Assembly (NCBI GenBank): GCA_025358085.1
Contig: JANYKT010000058.1
Coordinates: 7,744 to 71,743, forward strand
DNA length: 64,000 bases
Source of the DNA: Deltaproteobacteria bacterium
GTDB lineage: Bacteria; Myxococcota; Myxococcia; Myxococcales; 40CM-4-68-19
Direction: 5' to 3'
Shown: positions 57,944 through 64,000 of the stretch, in pieces
How positions within the stretch are numbered: position 1 is the stretch's first letter
Layout: every line of letters begins with the position of its first letter
Notes under the pieces: generated by a model
Database searches by the model: none
What the model saw: only the letters and a program-made list of their open reading frames with translations
What the model was told of the DNA's origin: nothing
Translations under genes and position numbers: made by a program

Positions 57944-58563
57944 TCGCCCAGACTCTCGAAGCGCTCGCCCACTGGATACAGGGCGTCATTTCGGCGCTGG
58001 GCTATCCGGGCATCGGTGGCCTGATGGCCATCGAGAGCGCCTGCGTTCCGCTGCCGTCGGAAGTGATCATGCCGTTTGCCGGGAGCCTGATCCCGGTCGG
58101 CCGATTCACGCTCTGGGGCTGCGGGCTCGCGGGCGCCATCGGCTGCGTGGTCGGCTCCATCCCCGCCTATTACGCTGGCGCATTCGGCGGCCGGCCGCTC
58201 ATCCTCAAGTACGGTCGCTATGTTTTCCTGTCGGAAGAACACCTCGACTGGGCAGACCGGTTCTTCCTGCAGCGCGGCGACCTCACCGTCTTCATCGCGC
58301 GCTTGCTCCCGGTGGTCCGGACCTTCATTGCTTTTCCGGCCGGCGTGGCGCGGATGCCGATGGGGAAATTCATCGTCTATACCTTCGCCGGCTCGTTCCC
58401 CTGGTGTCTCGGCCTCGCCTGGGTAGGGATGAAGCTGGGCGAGCACATCGACGAGCTGAAGCCCTGGTTCCACCGCTTCGACGCAGTGCTGGTCGTAACC
58501 TTCCTCGTCGCCGTCGCCTGGTTCGTTCGTAAACAACTCAAAGCCCGCGCCCGGCCCATCTGA
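57940..58563 (+). CDS. DedA-family (VTT/SNARE-associated) membrane protein, coupled to kamA
   Basis: ATGA overlap with kamA; DedA core FIARLLPVVRTFIAFPAG. Confidence 0.8.
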   Translation: MIAQTLEALAHWIQGVISALGYPGIGGLMAIESACVPLPSEVIMPFAGSLIPVGRFTLWGCGLAGAIGCVVGSIPAYYAGAFGGRPLILKYGRYVFLSEEHLDWADRFFLQRGDLTVFIARLLPVVRTFIAFPAGVARMPMGKFIVYTFAGSFPWCLGLAWVGMKLGEHIDELKPWFHRFDAVLVVTFLVAVAWFVRKQLKARARPI

Positions 58564-58581
58564 GTCTTGGCGCTTCTCCCG

Positions 58582-58601
58582 GTGGGAACTCCGGTTCCCA
58601 C
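58582..58601 (+). terminator. GC-rich hairpin GTGGGAAC-TCCG-GTTCCCAC 19 nt after the dedA stop (no T-tract)
   Basis: Seen in sequence. The absent U-tail is common in high-GC genomes but lowers confidence. Confidence 0.3.
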
Positions 58602-58702
58602 GGCCCGCCTGGCTGGCCACCTGGAAGCGGGAGCCGAAGTCTGGCCGTGCTCTTGCAAAACTCTTCGTTTGTCGGCGGGGCGCCGGCGGAGCGGAGGCAG
58701 TC

Positions 58703-59323
58703 ATGGGCGGGTCGGGGTCGGGCAACGGTTTCGGTCGCAAGGTGTCGGTGCTGTTCGCGGTCATGGGCAGCGTGGCTTGCGCCCATCTGGGAGGCCAGCG
58801 GGACGGCCGCGCCCAGCTCAATGCAGGCAAGTACGCAGTCGAGTCGATCCGCTCGCGGGCTACGCTGGACGGCGTCGATCAGGTGATCGAAATCTCTGAG
58901 CAGGGCACCCGCATGGTCGACGGCAACGGCGCCGAGCACACGCTCACCGAGCGCGGCGCGCTGCTGCTGAACGAGAGCGGCGTTTGCCGGCTGGCGTTGG
59001 CGGTCTCGGTGGACGGCGAGGTGCCGGGCGTCTCGGACCGGGCCTGCACCTGGGCGCTCGAGGGCGATAACTTCATCCTCGGCGACTCGAAAGGCGAGGG
59101 CACCAAGACGCTCTACCGGGTCAAGCGGCTGGGCAACAAGCTGGTGCTCGAGGGCGTCAGCGACCTCAGCTCCGACGGCAAGGTGCTCGGCGACGCCAAG
59201 GGCGAGCGTATCGTGCTCGTCGAAGGCGGGCCCGGGCTCGCCAGCAACAGCTCCAAGGAATTTGACCGCACCCGCGAGGAGCGCGCCGCGCGCGAGGCCT
59301 CCGAGATGCTGAACGAGATCTAG
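58703..59323 (+). CDS. Hypothetical lipoprotein (206 aa)
   Basis: GGAGG RBS; VLFAVMGSVAC lipobox-like; Gly/Asp-rich; no recognised domain. Confidence 0.4.
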   Translation: MGGSGSGNGFGRKVSVLFAVMGSVACAHLGGQRDGRAQLNAGKYAVESIRSRATLDGVDQVIEISEQGTRMVDGNGAEHTLTERGALLLNESGVCRLALAVSVDGEVPGVSDRACTWALEGDNFILGDSKGEGTKTLYRVKRLGNKLVLEGVSDLSSDGKVLGDAKGERIVLVEGGPGLASNSSKEFDRTREERAAREASEMLNEI

Positions 59324-59389
59324 CGCAAGCCTCGACAGAGCGAGCGGCGGAGCTGCAATGGGCCCGGGACCCGATTAGGGTACTTCGCC

Positions 59390-60145
59390 ATGGCCGCTTC
59401 TTTGTTCATCACCTCGCCCGCGCTGTCCGCCGCTTCTGTTGTTCACGGGTTCAGCTTGCGAGCCGCCGGGGACCTGCGCTCCTCCGGAGAGCTCTCGCGA
59501 TTGCTGCAGGCCGCTGGGCTGCACACGGTCGTCACCGCGAAACAGGTGCACGAGGATCGCGTGGTGGGGGCGCTGCGCGACGGCAGCCAGACTGAACTCC
59601 TTGCTGCCAGCGAGCCTTTGACGAGCACCGTCGCAGCAGAGGGCGCGGACGCCGTGGTGGCGCTCGGGCCCGAGGTCGCGGTGGGTGTCTTCACCGCCGA
59701 CTGCGTCCCGGTGCTGCTCTACGCTCCGGACTCAGGCGCTGTGGCCGCGGTGCACTCGGGGTGGCGCGGGGCGCGGCTCTCCATCGCCGCGCGCGGCGTC
59801 CGGGCGCTGCAGGAGGCAACAGGCGCGGACCCGAAGCAGGTGATCGCCGCGATCGGGCCTTGCATCGGAGCTTGCTGCTACCAGGTCTCTCCCGAGCTCG
59901 TCGCGACCTTCCGCAATCTCTTTGGCGCCGACGTGGCCGACGAGCGGAGGCATCTGGACTTGCGGTTGATCGTCGAGCGGACGCTGCGCAACGCCTTGGT
60001 CGAGAACATCGAGCAGGTCGAAGGTTGCACCTCCTGCGACACCGGCTCCTTCTTCAGCTACCGCCGCGATCAGCGCAACACCGGGCGCCAGCTCAGCTTC
60101 GTCCGCAGTGGGTCCGAGGCCCACGTCCGCACTCGCCTGCCATAA
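59390..60145 (+). CDS. pgeF: PgeF/YfiH-family (DUF152, polyphenol-oxidase-like) purine nucleoside phosphorylase
   Basis: ADCVPVLL, HSGWRG, GPCIGACCY motifs. Confidence 0.8.
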   Translation: MAASLFITSPALSAASVVHGFSLRAAGDLRSSGELSRLLQAAGLHTVVTAKQVHEDRVVGALRDGSQTELLAASEPLTSTVAAEGADAVVALGPEVAVGVFTADCVPVLLYAPDSGAVAAVHSGWRGARLSIAARGVRALQEATGADPKQVIAAIGPCIGACCYQVSPELVATFRNLFGADVADERRHLDLRLIVERTLRNALVENIEQVEGCTSCDTGSFFSYRRDQRNTGRQLSFVRSGSEAHVRTRLP

Positions 60146-60244
60146 AAACCTGCGCTGGGCTGTTTCTTTGACAGCCCCGGTCTGTCCGGCGATCATTCTC
60201 GTGGGGCGCGTGCCTCAGCGCCGCCCGGCCCCAGGAGTTTTCCT

Positions 60245-61045
60245 CTGCGTCTGCAGCTTCGACATGCCCCGCTCCTGCTCGCGCTCGGCTGCGCCGGGGC
60301 GACGCCCCGCCGCGACCTCGACGCCGGGGCGCTGGGTGACCTGCGCTCGCAATTGACCGCGCAGTCCGACCTGGTCGCGCAGCAGCAGCGGCGCATCGAA
60401 TCGCTCGAGGTCCGGCTGACGGCCCTGGGCGCGCGCACGCAATCTGTTCCGGTCAAGGCCGAGGCCCCCGCGCTGGCTGTGCCTGCGCCGTTCAGGCCTT
60501 CGCTCAAGTCCGTTCAGCTGGGCGAGGTCAAGGGCCGGCGGCTGCAGCACGAGAGGCCCAATCCTGTCGAACGCGCTCCCCGCCTGCCCTCGTCGTTGGA
60601 GTTGAAGGAGCCAGACCAAGCGGTGCTTGAATCGCTCGACCAGCCTTCCGCCGATCCGCATGTGGCCGAGTCCGCTTTGGCCGATTTTGCCTGGGCCGCC
60701 GCGGTACAGAAGCTCAACAATGGCGATCATGCCGCGGCCGAGGCGGACCTGCTTGCCTTCGCCGCCGCGCACCCGCGTCACACCGCGGCCGACAACGCGC
60801 TCTACCTCGCGGGCCTGGTGCGCGAGACGCGGGGCGACTGCTCCGGTGCGCTGGTGCTCTTCGACTCCGTGCCGCGCCGCTATCCGGCGGGCGACGCCGT
60901 GCCGCAAGCGCAGCTCGAGAAGGGCCGCTGCCTGGGGACGCTGGGCAAGACGGTCGAGGCGAAGGCCGTGCTCTCGGCGCTGGGCAAGGAACATCCGGAC
61001 GCGCCCGAAGCGGGCGTTGCCCGGCAACTGCTGCAAGGTTTGTAG
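60245..61045 (+). CDS. CpoB/YbgF-like periplasmic coiled-coil + TPR lipoprotein; proposed CTG start
   Basis: The track ORF (60353..61045) lacks a signal peptide. The same frame upstream encodes (M)RLQLRHAPLLLALGCAG (lipobox), and a CTG at 60245 is preceded by AGGAG with a 7-nt spacer. The C-terminus has TPR repeats (LYLAGL...RYPAGDAVPQAQLEKGRCL). Confidence 0.45.
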   Translation: MRLQLRHAPLLLALGCAGATPRRDLDAGALGDLRSQLTAQSDLVAQQQRRIESLEVRLTALGARTQSVPVKAEAPALAVPAPFRPSLKSVQLGEVKGRRLQHERPNPVERAPRLPSSLELKEPDQAVLESLDQPSADPHVAESALADFAWAAAVQKLNNGDHAAAEADLLAFAAAHPRHTAADNALYLAGLVRETRGDCSGALVLFDSVPRRYPAGDAVPQAQLEKGRCLGTLGKTVEAKAVLSALGKEHPDAPEAGVARQLLQGL

Positions 61046-61077
61046 TCCCGACTTTAGGTAGCTCCAGGAGGTCGCTG

Positions 61078-62397
61078 ATGCGGACGAAGACGATCATGCG
61101 GTGGAGAAGGGCGGCACTCGGTGGCTTGCTGGCGGTGTCGCTGGCCGCTCCCGTGGCACGCGCGCAGGGTGCTCGCGCCCAGGCGGCGACTCCGGACGAT
61201 GCGGACGCCAAGGCCGCCGCAGCCGCGGAGGGGACCAAACCGGAGGGTGCAGCAACGCCGGCCGCGCCTGGGCCGGAGCAGGCCGGAACGCTCGCAATCC
61301 CGCCCGGAACGCCGGGCGAGTACACCATCCAGAAGGGTGACACCCTCTGGGACCTGTCGCAGAAGTTCCTCAGCAACCCCTGGTACTGGCCCAAGATCTG
61401 GAGCCTGAATCCGGGCATCGAAAACCCGCACTGGATCTACCCGGGCAACCGTCTCAAGATCGTCCCCGGCGAGGGCGGCCCGCAGGCACCCGCGCAGGTG
61501 CAGACTGAAGGCGCGAGAGCACCGGCCGAGGGCGCGCAGGCGAGCGATGCCGAGTCCGACACGCCGGCCCGCAGCGCCGACTTCGACGTGGTCAGGAAGA
61601 ACAGCCGCGAGTCCGTCGCCAGCAACAACAGCGTGAGCGTCAGCGGGACGCTTGGCTTCACTCCGCCGCCGTACGTGATGGTTCGAGCCAGTGGATTGGT
61701 CTCGACCGAAGAAATGCAGGACGCAGGCTCGCTCGCGGCGTCCTTCGAAGAGAAGGAAATGCTCTCTACCTTCGACACGGCGTACGTTCGCTACAAGGGC
61801 GAGGCGCCCGTCAAGCCGGGGGACAAACTGCTGCTCTTTCGTCCCGACGGCGAAGTTGTCCATCCGGTCACGCACAAGAAGCTGGCCAGCCTGACCAAGA
61901 CGGTCGCCATCGCGACAGTGGTCTCGGTCAAGGGCGACCTCGCCACGGTCGCCATCGGGCAGGTGTGGGAAGAGATCGGCCGCGGCGATCTGGTGCGGCC
62001 CTGGACGCCGCAGGAGAGGCGCGTCGCTCCACGCCCCAACAGGGCGGACGTCGTCGGCGTGCTGGTCGCGGCGGTCAATCCCGGGCTCTCGACTTTCGGC
62101 GAGTACAACGAGGTGTTCCTCGACAAGGGCTCGGCCGACGGCGTCGAAGAAGGCAACACCTTCGCGGTGGTGCGCAAGGGTGACGGCTTGAGCAACAAGC
62201 TCGTGACCCAGTCGATGGCCGAGGGCGAGGGCGGCAAGCTGGCGGCGAAAGAGAGGACTCCCGACGAGAACGTCGGTCTGCTCCTGGTGGTCGCGACCAA
62301 GGAGCACCTGAGCACGGCCATCGTCATCAAGAGCGTGCGCGAGTTGCAGACTGGCGATGCGGTGGAGATGAGGGCGAGCGGAGCGGGCGGTCCCTGA
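61078..62397 (+). CDS. LysM domain-containing secreted protein
   Basis: Signal peptide; LysM motif YTIQKGDTLWDLSQKF...NRLKI. Confidence 0.7.
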   Translation: MRTKTIMRWRRAALGGLLAVSLAAPVARAQGARAQAATPDDADAKAAAAAEGTKPEGAATPAAPGPEQAGTLAIPPGTPGEYTIQKGDTLWDLSQKFLSNPWYWPKIWSLNPGIENPHWIYPGNRLKIVPGEGGPQAPAQVQTEGARAPAEGAQASDAESDTPARSADFDVVRKNSRESVASNNSVSVSGTLGFTPPPYVMVRASGLVSTEEMQDAGSLAASFEEKEMLSTFDTAYVRYKGEAPVKPGDKLLLFRPDGEVVHPVTHKKLASLTKTVAIATVVSVKGDLATVAIGQVWEEIGRGDLVRPWTPQERRVAPRPNRADVVGVLVAAVNPGLSTFGEYNEVFLDKGSADGVEEGNTFAVVRKGDGLSNKLVTQSMAEGEGGKLAAKERTPDENVGLLLVVATKEHLSTAIVIKSVRELQTGDAVEMRASGAGGP

Positions 62398-62420
62398 AGC
62401 TCCGCGAGCTCGAATACCGC

Positions 62421-63659
62421 ATGCCCATGATTCATCAGAGCCACAGCGCTGCTGACGCGGGCGGAGTGGTCGGGCCGGACGTGGTGGCTGCCTGCGCACT
62501 GTCTGCGGTGCCCGGCATCGGCTCGTCGGCACTGGCGCGGCTGGTCGCGACTTTCGGCACGCTGAGCGACGCGATGGACGCGGGGCCCGCGCGCATCCTC
62601 GCCGAGGCTACCGCGCTCAAGCTGACCCAGCTGGCGCGCGACTTCCTGGTTCGCGAGCCCGACCTCGTGGAGCTGGGGCTCTGGGCGGTGGAGGCGGCCC
62701 GGGTCGCGGGCGCGCGCATCGTGCTGCTGGGCGACCCCTGGTATCCAGAGCTCCTGCGCGAGATCGAACACGCGCCGGCGCTCCTCTACGTGCGCGGGAC
62801 GCTGGACCCGGCGCAGCTGCGCGTGGCGGTGGTCGGCTCGCGCGACGCCGACGACTACGGCCTCGAGGTAGCGAAGCAGGTCGGCGAGGGGCTGGCGCGC
62901 GCGCGCGTGCAGGTCGTCTCCGGTGGCGCGCGAGGCATTGACGCCGCGGCGCACGCGGGCGCGCTCTGGGGCGGGGGCACGACGGTCGCGGTGCTTGGCT
63001 GCGGGATCGATGTGGTCTATCCCCCCGAGCACGGCGAGTTGTACGAGCGACTGGCGCGCGGCGGCGGCGCGGTGATCAGCGAGCTGCCGCCCGGGACGCA
63101 CGCCGGTCCGCGCAACTTCCCGCGACGCAACCGCATCATCAGCGGCCTCTCGAGCGCGGTGGTGGTGGTGCGGGCGGCGCTCGGCTCGGGCGCGCTCAAC
63201 ACCGCCGATCACGCGGCGACCCAGGGCCGGCCGCTCTTTGCGGTGCCCGGCGACACGACTGCCAAGCTCTCGGCCGGCCCCAATGAGCTGCTTCGCCTCG
63301 AGGTCGCGAAGGCCGCGACCAGCGCGAGGGACGTGCTGATGGCATTGGGCTGGGCGGCTCCCGCAGGCCCCGCGCAAGAACCCGCAACCCCCCAGCCAGA
63401 GGAGCCACTCTTTCCCGAAGAGACCGACCCGCACGCCGCCCCGACCAAGCCTGGTACCGTCACGAGCGACCACGTTCTTGACGGCAAGGGTGTGATCCTC
63501 TGGCGCCTGTTGGACCCTCGGCTCCCGCTGCATGTCGACGAGCTGGCGGGCAAGGCCCAGCTCTCCCCGCAGGAGACGCTGCGCTGTCTGGCCGAGCTGG
63601 AATTCAAGGGTCTCTGTACCCAGCGACCGGGAAAATACTTCTTGCGTCGGGAGCCGTAA
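62421..63659 (+). CDS. dprA: DNA-processing protein DprA (Smf)
   Basis: VVGSRDADDYG...VVSGGARGIDAAAH...GTHAGPRNFPRRNRIISG. Confidence 0.85.
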   Translation: MPMIHQSHSAADAGGVVGPDVVAACALSAVPGIGSSALARLVATFGTLSDAMDAGPARILAEATALKLTQLARDFLVREPDLVELGLWAVEAARVAGARIVLLGDPWYPELLREIEHAPALLYVRGTLDPAQLRVAVVGSRDADDYGLEVAKQVGEGLARARVQVVSGGARGIDAAAHAGALWGGGTTVAVLGCGIDVVYPPEHGELYERLARGGGAVISELPPGTHAGPRNFPRRNRIISGLSSAVVVVRAALGSGALNTADHAATQGRPLFAVPGDTTAKLSAGPNELLRLEVAKAATSARDVLMALGWAAPAGPAQEPATPQPEEPLFPEETDPHAAPTKPGTVTSDHVLDGKGVILWRLLDPRLPLHVDELAGKAQLSPQETLRCLAELEFKGLCTQRPGKYFLRREP

Positions 63660-63735
63660 GCATCGTTTAGAACGCGCCGGCATCGTTTGCAGTCCACCAG
63701 GGAGTGACGGCTGTTTACGCCGCCCCGAGGAGAGC

Positions 63736-64000
63736 ATGGCCAAGACCGTCGCAGGCAAGAAGAGCAAGAAGGCCGCAGTCGCAGCGAAGGTCACGGAAGT
63801 CGTCGCGGCTGCAGCCGCTGCCGTCGGCGAAGCGCTGGTCGTCAAGAAGAAGAAGGCGCCCGCCCGGAAGGCCAGCAAGAAGGTGGTCTCGGTCTCAGTC
63901 GAGGACACCGGCGACGGGCTCGCCACGCGCGTCTACAAGAACACGCTGGTGGTGGTGGAATCGCCGGCCAAGGCAAAGACCATCAAGAAGTACCTGGGCG
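63736..64000 (+). CDS. topA: DNA topoisomerase I, N-terminal fragment (continues beyond the window)
   Basis: Lys-rich N-terminal extension followed by LVVVESPAKAKTIKKYLG, the TopA signature. The dprA-topA pairing is common. Confidence 0.75.
   Translation, partial: MAKTVAGKKSKKAAVAAKVTEVVAAAAAAVGEALVVKKKKAPARKASKKVVSVSVEDTGDGLATRVYKNTLVVVESPAKAKTIKKYLG

Overview
This is a very GC-rich bacterial chromosomal segment (about two-thirds G+C by eye, not computed). It is densely coding on both strands, with many long spurious antisense ORFs of the kind high-GC DNA produces. The gene content resembles a myxobacterium or other deltaproteobacterium: sigma-54 activators, TPR-containing sensor kinases, FHA domain proteins paired with a Ser/Thr kinase, and ECF sigma factors. 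I found no rRNA, tRNA or CRISPR array.

Main blocks in order along the window:
1. A response regulator with an HD-GYP domain (partial), an aldehyde dehydrogenase, and lpdA.
2. A 2-oxoacid dehydrogenase cluster with lipA and lipB (the lipB product fused to a NUDIX domain) and an inserted DUF962 gene on the opposite strand. This is followed by a solitary IS200/RAYT-like transposase gene.
3. A tightly coupled operon PTPS(QueD-like) - folE - SDR - FAD-linked oxidase - redoxin, with ribA divergent from it. The redoxin's CxxC cysteine codon is an in-frame TGA followed by a SECIS-like hairpin, so it is a candidate selenoprotein. A redox-sensing ZAS-type ECF sigma/anti-sigma pair sits immediately downstream.
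4. rnr, malQ, treY.
5. A hybrid histidine kinase broken by three homopolymer frameshifts.
6. A minus-strand operon: small protein - sigma-54 activator with a cysteine-rich receiver domain - TPR sensor kinase - pseudo-receiver. Upstream of it is a striking palindrome/tandem-site region.
7. An SPFH (band 7) gene, mutS2, and a second ECF sigma factor with coupled micro-ORFs.
8. A module of zinc-ribbon FHA proteins flanking a zinc-ribbon Ser/Thr kinase, with one FHA gene interrupted by an in-frame TAG.
9. rel, RidA, a GNAT gene, and an XRE-S24 repressor with an operator palindrome.
10. Two KamA-family radical SAM aminomutase genes flanking an M50 protease and DedA.
11. pgeF, a CpoB-like lipoprotein, a LysM protein, dprA, and the start of topA.

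Adjusted start coordinates were read by hand from the sequence and may be off by a few bases.
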